Positions 10,709 to 21,470 of a DNA stretch of 64,000 nucleotides are shown here, one piece after another (the stretch's first letter is position 1; each line of letters opens with the position of its first letter). The notes beneath the pieces are model-generated. The model searched no databases, was not told the origin of the DNA, and worked only from the letters and a program-made list of their open reading frames with translations. Location: contig CAVUKB010000005.1 of NCBI GenBank assembly GCA_963741955.1, positions 896,001 through 960,000 on the forward strand, given 5' to 3'. The position numbers were made by a program, and so were the translations under genes. This DNA is from an uncultured Acidobacteriota bacterium. Lineage in GTDB: Bacteria > Acidobacteriota > Thermoanaerobaculia > Gp7-AA8.

Positions 10709-12292
10709 GGTTCTCCTAACAGGTGTGTAGGTGCGGAATGATTGTCGGAGGCATGCAGGAACGGCGACGCGGCTGTTTTCGAGGAGCAAGTCGGTGTTCG
10801 CCGAAGCGTTCGGAAAGCGAAGTTGTGGAAACCGCGGAAAACGCCGCCACCCGGCCGCCGCGTTTTCCGCCGTTCCCACAACTTGCCCCGCCGTCGCGGA
10901 AGGATCTGAAGGAGCCCCGAAAGTCGCTGCTCGTGGAGAGGTGAAGATCGAAGCAGCGATAGCAGGTTGGAATCGGCGAACCGTGCTGCCCATTTCCCGT
11001 AGTCTGTAGTCGATGAAACCAAGACACGGGGAGGACAGGCACGGTGCGCCTGACGACATTGTTCCGGAAGTTGCTCAACATGGCAAACGTAACGGTTCGC
11101 GGGGTTCGGTTCGAAGCTCGGAGTCTCTATCTCGACGTGAGTCCAACGTGGAGACGTCCGCGGTGCGGAGGGTGCGGACGGGTTGCTCCCGAGCTTCACG
11201 GAACGGTGATGAAGCATCGCGAATGGCGTCATCTCGGCCTCTGGGGATGCCGGGTGATGCTGCGGGCGGATCTGCCGCGGGTGCGTTGCCGCCGCTGCGG
11301 GGTGCGAACGGCCGCGGTTCCGTGGGCACGGCCTGGTTCGATGTTCACCCGCGCGTTCGAAGACGAGCTTGCCTGGTTTCTGCAGCGATCCAATCAAACC
11401 GCGGTCTCGGCGTACTTCAAGGTCAGCTGGCTCACGGCCGGACGGATCGCCGCTCGAGTGGTTGCCGAAAAACGCGACCCGAACGCGCTCGAGAATCTGA
11501 CCCGGATCGGCATCGACGAGATCTGCTGGGGGCGGCCGAAGAAGTTCATGACCGTGGTCACGAACCACGAGACCGGGCAGATGATCTGGGCGGCGAAGGG
11601 TAAAAGTGCAGAGGTTCTCGACGGGCTGTTCGATCTGCTCGGCCCCGAGCGCTGCGCGCGAATCCGTCTGGTGAGCATCGACATGAGCGCGGCCTTCGAG
11701 AAAGCTGTTCGCGACCGACTGCCGAACGCCGAGGTCGTTTTCGATCGGTTCCACGTGGTCCAACTCCTCGGGAATGCGATCGATCAGGTGAGGCGGGACG
11801 AGATGCGAAAGGCCACCGGCGAGGAGCGCTCCGCTCTCAAATCCACTCGGTTCGTCCTCCTGAAGAACCCCTGGAACCTGCGTGATGCCGAGGAGGCGAA
11901 ACTCTCGGAGCTCGCGCGGATGAATCACACCCTCTTTCGCAGTTACCTGGTCAAGGAATCCTTTCAGGACATCTATGACTCCTCGTCCGTCCGCCAAGCT
12001 GATCGACGGTTCAAGCGCTGGTATCAGTCCGCGGTTCATAGCCGCATTCAACCCCTCGTTCGCTTCGCGCGAACCGTCGCGGCGAAATGGCCTGGCATCC
12101 GCCGTTACTTCGAGTATCGACTCACGAATGCAGTTGCTGAAGGCTGCAACAACAAGATCCGAATGCTCAGTCACCGCGCTTTCGGCTTTCACACCGCGGA
12201 AGCTCTGATCGCAATGGCGTTCCTCTGTACGTCAGCAATCGCATTCCATCCTCTCGGCCTATGAACTCTGCTACACACCTGTTAGGAGATCC
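10709..12292 (+). mobile_element. ISL3-family IS, copy 1 (1584 bp)
   Basis: Inverted repeats GG(T/A)TCTCCTAACAGGTGTGTAG; 8-bp target duplication GAAAAGTT (10701-10708, 12293-12300). Confidence 0.95.
11044..12264 (+). CDS. ISL3-family transposase
   Basis: CGGCG/CRRCG zinc finger, IGIDE, SIDMS, FDRFHVV and TNAVAEGCNNKI motifs. Confidence 0.96.
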   Translation: MRLTTLFRKLLNMANVTVRGVRFEARSLYLDVSPTWRRPRCGGCGRVAPELHGTVMKHREWRHLGLWGCRVMLRADLPRVRCRRCGVRTAAVPWARPGSMFTRAFEDELAWFLQRSNQTAVSAYFKVSWLTAGRIAARVVAEKRDPNALENLTRIGIDEICWGRPKKFMTVVTNHETGQMIWAAKGKSAEVLDGLFDLLGPERCARIRLVSIDMSAAFEKAVRDRLPNAEVVFDRFHVVQLLGNAIDQVRRDEMRKATGEERSALKSTRFVLLKNPWNLRDAEEAKLSELARMNHTLFRSYLVKESFQDIYDSSSVRQADRRFKRWYQSAVHSRIQPLVRFARTVAAKWPGIRRYFEYRLTNAVAEGCNNKIRMLSHRAFGFHTAEALIAMAFLCTSAIAFHPLGL

Positions 12293-12354
12293 GAAAAGTT
12301 GACCAGGGGGGTCGGGCGGGGGGTCTTGGACGCAAGTAGGATGACCTCCTTTCT

Positions 12355-13137
12355 TCAGGCTGGCTGATCCGCCGAGGCGGGTTGAGTGGTGGTGAGGAGT
12401 TTGTCTCGAAGCCTGTAGCTGTTGCCTCGGATCGAGAGGACGTAGGAATGGTGGAGGATACGGTCGAGGATGGCAGTAGCGAGGGCGAGCTCGCCGAAGA
12501 CCTCGGGCCATTCGTTGATGGCCTTGTTCGAGGTCAGGATCATGCTGGAGCGCTCGTAACGGCTGGCGACGACCTGGAACAGGTAATTCGCCTCGATCCG
12601 GTTGAGTGTCAGATAGCCGACTTCGTCGACCACCAGGAGCTGATATTTGGTCGAGTAGGTACGAAGCTTCTGGGGGAGTTTGCCGGCGCGGTCCGCTGCG
12701 GCGAGTTTTCGGATCATCTCATCGAGGGTGGTGAAGTAGACGGAGTAACCGTTCTGGCAGGCCTGGACGGCGAGGGCGATGGCCAGGTGGGTCTTGCCGA
12801 CACCGGGTGGGCCGAGCAGAAGTACGTTCTCCTTTCTTGCGAGGAAGCCGAGTGAAGCGAGATCGAGCACCCGAGCGCGGTCGAGAGAAGGCTGGAAGGC
12901 GAAGTCGAACCCGTCCAGAGTCTTGAGGAAGGGGAACCCGGCGAGCTTCAGAGAGCTGCGCACCCGACGCTCTTCCCGTGCGACAATCTCCTCTTCGAAG
13001 AGCCGGTCGAGAGTCTCGGCGTGTCCCCACGACTCTTTCTCTGCGACGGATAGCAGAGACGAGAGCGTTTCTTTGAGACGCCATAGCCCGAGCTTCTCGA
13101 CATGATCGACGAGCCGGTTGAAGGTCGGTTCGCTCAT
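12355..13137 (-). CDS. istB: IS21 helper ATPase IstB
   Basis: GPPGVGKTHLA, LLVVDEVGY and AILDRILHH motifs; ATG overlaps the istA stop. Confidence 0.95.
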   Translation of the reverse strand: MSEPTFNRLVDHVEKLGLWRLKETLSSLLSVAEKESWGHAETLDRLFEEEIVAREERRVRSSLKLAGFPFLKTLDGFDFAFQPSLDRARVLDLASLGFLARKENVLLLGPPGVGKTHLAIALAVQACQNGYSVYFTTLDEMIRKLAAADRAGKLPQKLRTYSTKYQLLVVDEVGYLTLNRIEANYLFQVVASRYERSSMILTSNKAINEWPEVFGELALATAILDRILHHSYVLSIRGNSYRLRDKLLTTTQPASADQPA

Positions 13138-14408
13138 CGGCCACCTCCGTCGACCAACGCTGCATAGTCTTCGATCGGCCGATTCTCGACCGTAACTCGC
13201 GGCCAGACCACGAGAGCCGGAACCGGAGGCGGCGGTGAAACCGGTTCGGGCTTCGGCTTCCGGAGCCGATCCCAGCGCGGACGGCGGAGCACCGCCACGT
13301 GCTCCTCGAGAACCCTCCTCTGACCTTTGGGGATCACTGGATGCACGGCGACCGATTCGTCGAGATGAACGATCTCGATCACGTCTCCGGCGGGTGCGGC
13401 TTTGACGATCACTCGCGCACCTGCGAGTCGTGCCGGGACGGAGTAGTAGGCCCCGCGGTACGAGACGGTGCAATCGCGCAGCACGCGCCGCGGTTCGGCG
13501 AGGCGGACGTCGAAAGCCACGGCGGGAAGCTCGATCAGAAATCCGCGTTCCCGTTCGAAACGCTCGGCCGGCGTTTGTCCCGTCGACGAGCAGATTCTGC
13601 CGCCATGCCGCTCGTCTTCGATTGTGACGAACGACTGCAGATCGGCGATGGACTCCCAGGTCCGGTCCAGAACCCCGGCGTCGATCAGATCACGGAAGCT
13701 CCGTTCGACCTTTCCCTTCCGCTCGGGGTTGTACGGCAGAGCCGGTGCCGGAGACGTTCCGTAATGACGGCAGAACTCGACGAAGGGAGGGTTGAGCTCC
13801 AGGTGCGGCCGGGGGTGGATCACCGCGGCATTGAAGTTGTCGAAGACCAGTCGTGCCGGCGTGCCGCCCGCCTGCTCGAACGTGGTGCGAAGGTTCTCGA
13901 GGACCATCGGCAGGGTGGTCCTCGCCACCACGAACGTGAAGCGGCGCCGCGAGTAGCCGTAGACCAGCCGGAAGAACCAGATCTTCTGTTCCGGGTTGCT
14001 CGGGATCAACCCGAGAGCCGGTCCTTTCCAATCGAACTGTCCTTCCTCACCCGGGTCGGTCTCGAGCCGTACGCACGCGGACCTGCGGGCCTGTTCGGCG
14101 CGGCGGAAAGTGCGGGTCCAGACTTTGACTGCTTCGTAGTGTCCGGTATAGCCCTTCGCCACAATCTCTTCATAGAGTCGCGTCGCGCGAATGTGCGGCC
14201 GTTCCCGGGCCAGCCGTTCGAGATCGTCCACGAACGGGTCGAGCTTCCGCGGCCGCGGAGGCCGCTTTCGATACCGCTCCGGGACGGTCTGCTGCAGTGT
14301 CTTTCGCACCACCTGACGGGAGATGCCGAGAGTCCGGGCGATCGCCCGGATCCCCATTCCCTGGCGGTTGAGTTCTCGGATCTTCATCCACTGCTCCTGT
14401 TCGATCAC
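13134..14408 (-). CDS. istA: IS21 transposase IstA
   Basis: N-terminal HTH, ETDPGEEGQFDW, FDN and KGKVER motifs; GGAGG RBS before GTG 14408. Confidence 0.93.
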   Translation of the reverse strand: MIEQEQWMKIRELNRQGMGIRAIARTLGISRQVVRKTLQQTVPERYRKRPPRPRKLDPFVDDLERLARERPHIRATRLYEEIVAKGYTGHYEAVKVWTRTFRRAEQARRSACVRLETDPGEEGQFDWKGPALGLIPSNPEQKIWFFRLVYGYSRRRFTFVVARTTLPMVLENLRTTFEQAGGTPARLVFDNFNAAVIHPRPHLELNPPFVEFCRHYGTSPAPALPYNPERKGKVERSFRDLIDAGVLDRTWESIADLQSFVTIEDERHGGRICSSTGQTPAERFERERGFLIELPAVAFDVRLAEPRRVLRDCTVSYRGAYYSVPARLAGARVIVKAAPAGDVIEIVHLDESVAVHPVIPKGQRRVLEEHVAVLRRPRWDRLRKPKPEPVSPPPPVPALVVWPRVTVENRPIEDYAALVDGGGR

Positions 14409-14914
14409 CTGATTCCTCCGCCCTCCGGCTCGCTCCGCTCGCCTCCGGACGGAGGAATCATCACCCAGCACGGTCGCCCGTGCCTCTCTCCCCGGCGGAG
14501 CCCCTTCCCCTCAGGTGGTCAACTTCTACTTCTTCGCAGTGGGTCACTTTTACATCTTCATCGACAACGCGAGCTCAAATTCTCGTGTCACGTTTGTTTT
14601 GCGCCTCAGCGTGCCACGCGGCGTAGCTCGGCATTAGGCGGACTCGTGACGCGCATCTCGTTCGGTCCGCCGCCCTGTCCGGCAAGTGGGAGCGGGCGAT
14701 CGTGATTCCCGCTGCGCCGTCACGCTTCGCGTGAGCGCTCCGTGCGGCGAGCGTTCGCTTCACGCCCGCCCGCCCCTCCACGCTCTCTCCTCGCCGCACT
14801 TCGCGCCCGGCGCTTCCCCCACCCATTCCCCCGCGCCGGCGCCGCAGCTACAGTAGCCGCCCACCCTGCCTTGCGCCTGCACGTGTCGTCGCCGCCGGCC
14901 CTCGCGAGGGAGGC

Positions 14915-15363
14915 GTAGCGCCGGAGGACGAGAGCGTCAAGGCCTCCACCACCCAGCCGCCTTGACGCTCTCGTCCTCCGGCGCTTGTGGAATGAGTAGC
15001 GAGGGCCGACGGAGCAGCGAGCTCGGGCCTCTGGAGCTTTTGTTAGGCTTCGCTCTCTGGCCGGATCGTGATGAGCGAAGGCCGGAGGACAAAAAGCCGC
15101 GGTGACGCCACGGGGCGCCGGAGATTGGGCAGCAGGCGAAAAACACGAACCGCCCCGTGGCGGCGCCGCGGAAGCAAGCGCCGCATGGCGCGCGCAGGGA
15201 GTCAGGAGAACTTCGGTTCGAGCGATGGTTTGCCTGACAAGCTCGGAGGCCGGAGCAGGTCGCTCGTCGGCCGTCGCTACTCATCGCACCAGCGCCGCGC
15301 GGCGACGCGGTCAAGGCGGAGGGGCGGGCGGCGCGCCTTGACGGCGTCGTCGCGCGGCGCTAC
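14915..15363. repeat. Large nested inverted-repeat structure
   Basis: 27-bp perfect stem 14917-14943/14959-14985; related stem 15291-15318/15334-15361; arms ~14992-15048/15231-15284; central stem 15097-15117/15151-15171. Confidence 0.85.
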
Positions 15364-15947
15364 TCGTCCGAGGCGACGGCCGGCGAGTGACGACGCAATC
15401 GCCTAACGGTGTTCATGCACGAGCGGGCCGGCCGGCGCCGGGGGACGGGCGGTGGAGGCGCCGGCGAGCGAGCAGGCCTGGGGTGAGCGAGGGGCGGCGG
15501 GTGTGGGGGCAGCGAACCGCTGGCCTGCGAAGCGAACCAAGCGCGAGGTGCCGCCAGGCGCCGAGCGCGACGGCCCGCGGCCTCACCCGATACGGACGGT
15601 TAGGCAAGGATGGGCGGCGGAACGGACGGGCGCGCAGCTCGACGCGTCTAAGAGCGAGCTGGCACGCGTGGACCGCGACACGCGAACCGTGCAGCTCGCA
15701 AGAGTTTGAGGCCGCGGTCCACGTCGGGCCGAGCGACCTCTTAGACGCGCCACGGGCAGGGAACGCACGGGCGCGGCGGTGGGTGGGGGAGCGATTGATC
15801 TTGCGACGAAGCGAGCGCGGCACGGACGTGACGCGCGGTCCGACCGCTGTCGATCCGAGACTTTCATACTTCGGGCTTCTCTCCATTCACGATCATGCCT
15901 GTCGATCTCTAAGGCCGCGGCCCGACTTCTGCCTCCGCGCCCGTTGA

Positions 15948-16391
15948 TTATGCGGTTTCCGTGCTCGTGACCGCGCGACCTTTGATGAGGATGGTGTCTC
16001 GTTCTTGACCGATGGAGACGCTTTCAACCGTTGTCCAAATCCAACTTGGGCGCAGGCGCTTTCGTTGCCAACGGCGATAGATCGCAATAACGCCCTTTGC
16101 GTCCATTGAGGCGCCGCGGACGATGGCGAGATATGCATTCATGGCGAGTGCGGGGTTGCTTCTTGCGTCATCAAAGACGAAACGAGCTAGATCGTCCGGA
16201 ATCTCTCCTGTCGCTTGCTCGAGTTCGTGCTCAAGGACCAATCGGCCAATCGAGATGCAGATCGGCAGAACACCGGCGTCCGACGGCGCCACCGCGATTC
16301 GCCATGGGTCGACCAACTGGTCCGCAACGAGAATTAGGCATTCTCGCTGCGCTTCATCGAATTGCGCATTGGAAGTCGAATTCATGCTCAT
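15948..16391 (-). CDS. Putative immunity protein, family not recognised
   Basis: ATGA overlap with the toxin stop at 16388-16391; 147 aa. Confidence 0.65.
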   Translation of the reverse strand: MSMNSTSNAQFDEAQRECLILVADQLVDPWRIAVAPSDAGVLPICISIGRLVLEHELEQATGEIPDDLARFVFDDARSNPALAMNAYLAIVRGASMDAKGVIAIYRRWQRKRLRPSWIWTTVESVSIGQERDTILIKGRAVTSTETA

Positions 16392-17161
16392 CGGTCCTCG
16401 TCTGGAATCAAGCCCGACGTGATCGCTCCTCGGGCCCACGGCGGCATGGCAATCCACGGCCGGAGGAGTAACGGATATGGCGTGACACCCCGCCTCGTGA
16501 ATGCAACGTCAATCATCGCGTGAGCCGTTCGATCAACACGCACCACGTTCCATCGTGCATTCTTGATGTAGTTGGGGATCAGCTTCGCCCGCTGTGGAAT
16601 GAGCCAATGGTGCAGCTGCTCGGGCTGACCGATCAGACCGAGTTCGCTCCGCAGTTGATGTGAGACACCCTGCGACCAGTGTCCGCCACGTGGAGTGGTC
16701 CACGAGTACTCCGCCTGCATGCGGTTGTGCCAACGGGCGAATGGCGCTAACACGCCCGTCTCTTCCAACGTCCCCTGCTCGAAACGGAGCATCGATTCAC
16801 GAACACCGCTCGGCAGTATGCTGCCAGGACCTGTTCCGAGTGACCTTGACAGCCGTTGCACACCGGCGCGTGTTGCCGTAGCAATGGGTTCGGTAACGGC
16901 GTCGATTGCAGGTGCGACCCCCGGTACAGTTCGATACGCCCATCGTGCTCCGGCTGCGCCCTGCTTGGCGCCCCAATCGAGTACCGGACCCAGAACGGCC
17001 CCAGCGGCGGCGTTGATTGCCTGGTTTTCTCCGAACTCAGCCCAATGCTGTGGTTCACCCTTAAAGGTTAGGGCATCGAAACCAGCGGCTCCGAGAGCCG
17101 ACGACAGTGAAGCAGCGCCTCCGAAGCTCATGAGGCCAACGTCGATCGATGCCCCAAGTTC

Positions 17162-18745
17162 GGATCTCCTAACAGGTGTGTAGCAGAGTTCATAGGCCGA
17201 GAGGATGGAATGCGATTGCTGACGTACAGAGGAACGCCATTGCGATCAGAGCTTCCGCGGTGTGAAAGCCGAAAGCGCGGTGACTGAGCATTCGGATCTT
17301 GTTGTTGCAGCCTTCAGCAACTGCATTCGTGAGTCGATACTCGAAGTAACGGCGGATGCCAGGCCATTTCGCCGCGACGGTTCGCGCGAAGCGAACGAGG
17401 GGTTGAATGCGGCTATGAACCGCGGACTGATACCAGCGCTTGAACCGTCGATCAGCTTGGCGGACGGACGAGGAGTCATAGATGTCCTGAAAGGATTCCT
17501 TGACCAGGTAACTGCGAAAGAGGGTGTGATTCATCCGCGCGAGCTCCGAGAGTTTCGCCTCCTCGGCATCACGCAGGTTCCAGGGGTTCTTCAGGAGGAC
17601 GAACCGAGTGGATTTGAGAGCGGAGCGCTCCTCGCCGGTGGCCTTTCGCATCTCGTCCCGCCTCACCTGATCGATCGCATTCCCGAGGAGTTGGACCACG
17701 TGGAACCGATCGAAAACGACCTCGGCGTTCGGCAGTCGGTCGCGAACAGCTTTCTCGAAGGCCGCGCTCATGTCGATGCTCACCAGACGGATTCGCGCGC
17801 AGCGCTCGGGGCCGAGCAGATCGAACAGCCCGTCGAGAACCTCTGCACTTTTACCCTTCGCCGCCCAGATCATCTGCCCGGTCTCGTGGTTCGTGACCAC
17901 GGTCATGAACTTCTTCGGCCGCCCCCAGCAGATCTCGTCGATGCCGATCCGGGTCAGATTCTCGAGCGCGTTCGGGTCGCGTTTTTCGGCAACCACTCGA
18001 GCGGCGATCCGTCCGGCCGTGAGCCAGCTGACCTTGAAGTACGCCGAGACCGCGGTTTGATTGGATCGCTGCAGAAACCAGGCAAGCTCGTCTTCGAACG
18101 CGCGGGTGAACATCGAACCAGGCCGTGCCCACGGAACCGCGGCCGTTCGCACCCCGCAGCGGCGGCAACGCACCCGCGGCAGATCCGCCCGCAGCATCAC
18201 CCGGCATCCCCAGAGGCCGAGATGACGCCATTCGCGATGCTTCATCACCGTTCCGTGAAGCTCGGGAGCAACCCGTCCGCACCCTCCGCACCGCGGACGT
18301 CTCCACGTTGGACTCACGTCGAGATAGAGACTCCGAGCTTCGAACCGAACCCCGCGAACCGTTACGTTTGCCATGTTGAGCAACTTCCGGAACAATGTCG
18401 TCAGGCGCACCGTGCCTGTCCTCCCCGTGTCTTGGTTTCATCGACTACAGACTACGGGAAATGGGCAGCACGGTTCGCCGATTCCAACCTGCTATCGCTG
18501 CTTCGATCTTCACCTCTCCACGAGCAGCGACTTTCGGGGCTCCTTCAGATCCTTCCGCGACGGCGGGGCAAGTTGTGGGAACGGCGGAAAACGCGGCGGC
18601 CGGGTGGCGGCGTTTTCCGCGGTTTCCACAACTTCGCTTTCCGAACGCTTCGGCGAACACCGACTTGCTCCTCGAAAACAGCCGCGTCGCCGTTCCTGCA
18701 TGCCTCCGACAATCATTCCGCACCTACACACCTGTTAGGAGAACC
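17162..18745 (-). mobile_element. ISL3-family IS, copy 2 (1584 bp), inverted relative to copy 1
   Basis: Same inverted repeats; 8-bp target duplication CCAAGTTC (17154-17161, 18746-18753). Confidence 0.95.
17190..18410 (-). CDS. ISL3-family transposase
   Basis: Protein identical to 11044..12264. Confidence 0.96.
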   Translation of the reverse strand: MRLTTLFRKLLNMANVTVRGVRFEARSLYLDVSPTWRRPRCGGCGRVAPELHGTVMKHREWRHLGLWGCRVMLRADLPRVRCRRCGVRTAAVPWARPGSMFTRAFEDELAWFLQRSNQTAVSAYFKVSWLTAGRIAARVVAEKRDPNALENLTRIGIDEICWGRPKKFMTVVTNHETGQMIWAAKGKSAEVLDGLFDLLGPERCARIRLVSIDMSAAFEKAVRDRLPNAEVVFDRFHVVQLLGNAIDQVRRDEMRKATGEERSALKSTRFVLLKNPWNLRDAEEAKLSELARMNHTLFRSYLVKESFQDIYDSSSVRQADRRFKRWYQSAVHSRIQPLVRFARTVAAKWPGIRRYFEYRLTNAVAEGCNNKIRMLSHRAFGFHTAEALIAMAFLCTSAIAFHPLGL

Positions 18746-20439
18746 CCAAGTTCAACCCCTCCGATGATGTTCTGTCCCCAGATCGAAAAATACCGGTCGT
18801 ACCCATACACATCACCGTGGGAAGCATCTCGGACACCGGCAACGATCACTTGTCCCGCCCCCCAAATGAACCCTCCGATCGCACCAGCGCACACACCCTC
18901 GCATAGCCCCGTCGGGTCATTTCCGTTCACCGGGTCGTTCTTGGCGAACGCGTAGAGGTTCGACGAATCGTGGTACCCCATGGGATCCGGCGTGAGGAAG
19001 GTTCCGGTGCTCGGGTCGTACCATCTATTGCGGAAGTACGCGAGACCGGTAGCAGGTTCGACAAACGGTGCAGCCTTGAGCCCGGTCAACAGTTTCGTCT
19101 TACTGTCGGTGCTGGCGGCGAGGTAGAGATCAGGGATGGTGTAAAGCGTTTTCTGATTCGTCTGCCCGGACGATGTATTCTCAATGAGCATGGAGAGAGT
19201 CGCGAGCGACTCGCTCCAGGCGACCGGGGTCGCCGTCGAGGATTGTACACCGTAGAGCTTCGTGGCCCAGGCGGGGGCGGGCTGGACCGGGGTCGTGCCC
19301 CAGGCCGGAGAACGGAGGCCCGAGCGGACCTCGAGACGAATCTCGGTCGCCTCCGAGGCAAGGTCCGCCCACTGAGTCGCATCCAGCTCGACGAGGACCA
19401 CGTTCGCGCCCTCGGCTTTCGCCGCGAGCGGATAGTCCGACTCGATCGGCGTTCCGTCGACGTTCTTCCCCGTTCTGACGACCAGCGCGACATTGCCGTC
19501 GATCGAATCGGCGTCGATCGCCTCGGAGCTGTGGATGCGGAACCGGATCGACTCCAACTTGCCGGCCGAGTCCTTCGCGGCTTCGGCCTTGATCCCGTCG
19601 ATGACCGGGCCCTCCACGTAGCGCGGAGCGTCGCCATAGCTGTCGGCGTAGAGAACGCGCTCGACCAGGTTCCCGGAGGCGTCGAGGATCGCGGTGACCG
19701 AGCCGCCCGAGGTCGGGTCGATGAATGGGAGGTACCGCTTCGGCGGTGCGCCGGGCTCGGTCGCGGCGAGAACTTCGATCGGATCGTCGTAGCCCTGATC
19801 TCCGTGAATGTACTGCCGCATCAGCCCCGCGTAGAGGTTGGGCGGATCGGTCGGCGTCTTCGGCCCCTTCCCGGCCTCGAAAATCTCGAGGAGGCGGTCG
19901 GCGATCGGATCCCATACGAACGTCACCGCCGGCGGGAGTCCGTCCCGAGCAAGTGCAGTCGTGCGGTCCTCGAGCGCCCATGGCACGTCCGCGGAGTCGC
20001 GAACGTTCACCGTTCGACCGATGAGGCGGTCGAGCGGGTCATAGGCGTAGAGAATCTGTCGTTGGGCCGTCGTGATCTCGACCAGGCGATCACTCTCGTC
20101 GTAGTGAAGCGTCGCTCCGCCGTCGCCGGTGCGGTTCCCGCTGGTGAATGCGTAGAGCTCTTTCTTCGGGAGAAGCCCCTCGAGCGAGAGGGTCCGCGAC
20201 TTCGTTTCGTGCACCGAACCGGGCACCGCAGTCCAGGTTGCAGGCTCGAGGCTCCACGTGGTCTCGCCGAGCTTCTTTCGCTGGTCGGGGTCGAAGCGGC
20301 CGGCGAGCGTTCGCCTAGATCGAAAATCGGCGAGATCGAACCCGTCGACGATCGAAAGGTCCTTCTTCGTGTCGACGGCTGCGTTCCGTCGAGATCTCCG
20401 ACGGCAGAACCGATGAGCGAAGGCGTGACCCTATTCCTT

Positions 20440-21175
20440 CGCTGGGGGCCGGGGCGGATCCTCCGGGAAATCGCGAAGCTCGGGATCTCCGTCTCACGGA
20501 ACACGGTCCGCCGCTATATTCGCGAAGTACGTGGACCTCGCCCGCGTGGCGATCAACGATGGTCCACCTTCATCCGCAACCATGCGGACGTCACCCTCGC
20601 CATGGACTTCGCGGTCGATCACCGTTCCCTCACTCAGCGGCAAGCTCCGGGAGGTCTTCGTCCTCGTCCTGCTCGAGATCGGGTCACGACGGCTGCTATG
20701 CCTCGAAGCAACGGAACACCCGACTCGCGACTGGATCAATCAGAAGCTGCGCGAAGCGATCCCGTGCGATCATCGGCACCGCTTCCTCGTCCGCGACAAC
20801 GACCCGCTCTGGGGCGGTGTCGACGCGACTCTCGCCTCGTTCGGCATCGAAGCGCTCCGCATCCCTCCGGGCTCTCCGCAGGCGAACGCGTTCGCCGAGC
20901 GGATGATCGGCACTCTCCGTCGCGAGCTTCTCGACTGGATCTGGCCCCTCGGCGTCCGCCACCTCAATCGCCTTCTCGCCCACTACCGCGCCTACTACAA
21001 CCGCTCGCGCCCTCACATGGGCCTCGGAGGGAAAGTTCCCGAGCCGCCGTCCGAACCCCGGCTCATCGCCTCCGGCCGACACCGACTCCCGAACGGCGCC
21101 GCCGTCGTCGCCATCCCGCACCTCGGCGGGCTCCATCACGAGTACCGGCTCGAGATGCGCGATCGCGCAGCGTAG
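20440..21175 (+). pseudogene. Integrase-core (rve) transposase, 5'-truncated and frameshifted near 20620
   Basis: WGPGRILREI...STFIRNH...AMDF in one frame; RDND, NAFAER and GGLHHEY in the next. Confidence 0.88.
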
Positions 21176-21383
21176 CGTCAGACCGAACTGCTTTTCAAAG
21201 ATCATCCGCCGCGGCCGACCAGGCCGAGAGCGAAAGCGCTACCTCCACGTCAGATCCTCAGCGGATCACAGCCTCGAATGGCGACAATTCGATCCGGCCT
21301 CGCCTTGAAAGACGATCGACCGAGTCGGCGGAGCTCCCTCTCGCACGCCTCTCTCGCCACTTCGACACTCCTAATCCGACGTG

Positions 21384-21427
21384 ACAATCGTTTTTGACCG
21401 CCACAACAATCGTTTTTGACCCCCACA
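21384..21427 (+). repeat. Tandem 22-nt duplication of the probable IS right end
   Basis: ACAATCGTTTTTGACCGCCACA followed by ACAATCGTTTTTGACCCCCACA; the last 20 nt are identical to 26202-26221. Confidence 0.8.
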
Positions 21428-21470
21428 CCCAACGACCTCACAGCAGGGTAGGTCCCTGAGGAAGACAATG

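Larger units (their letters stand above)
10663..14566 (-). mobile_element. IS21-family element (istA-istB) with an ISL3 inserted in its right end
   Basis: Ends TGTCAATGAAGA and TGTCGATGAAGA with internal AAGTTGACCA repeats; overlapping istA/istB. Confidence 0.92.
16388..20226 (-). pseudogene. Orphan Rhs core plus HNH-like toxin, split by ISL3 copy 2
   Basis: YD repeats and RNRWYDP...NDPTGL core in 18746-20226; removing the IS and one duplication restores GGVELG-ASIDVGL; tip LHHW...N..WN...H. Confidence 0.88.

Noticed and set aside
10585-12192. 535-aa and 501-aa ORFs antisense to the ISL3 transposases
   Set aside because: Shadow frames of GC-rich coding DNA; their ends differ between copies because they run into flanking sequence
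15401-15604. Integron attC site (GCCTAAC...GTTAGGC)
   Set aside because: About 200 nt is longer than usual, L-box pairing is poor, no equivalent sites follow the other cassettes, and there is no integron integrase in the window
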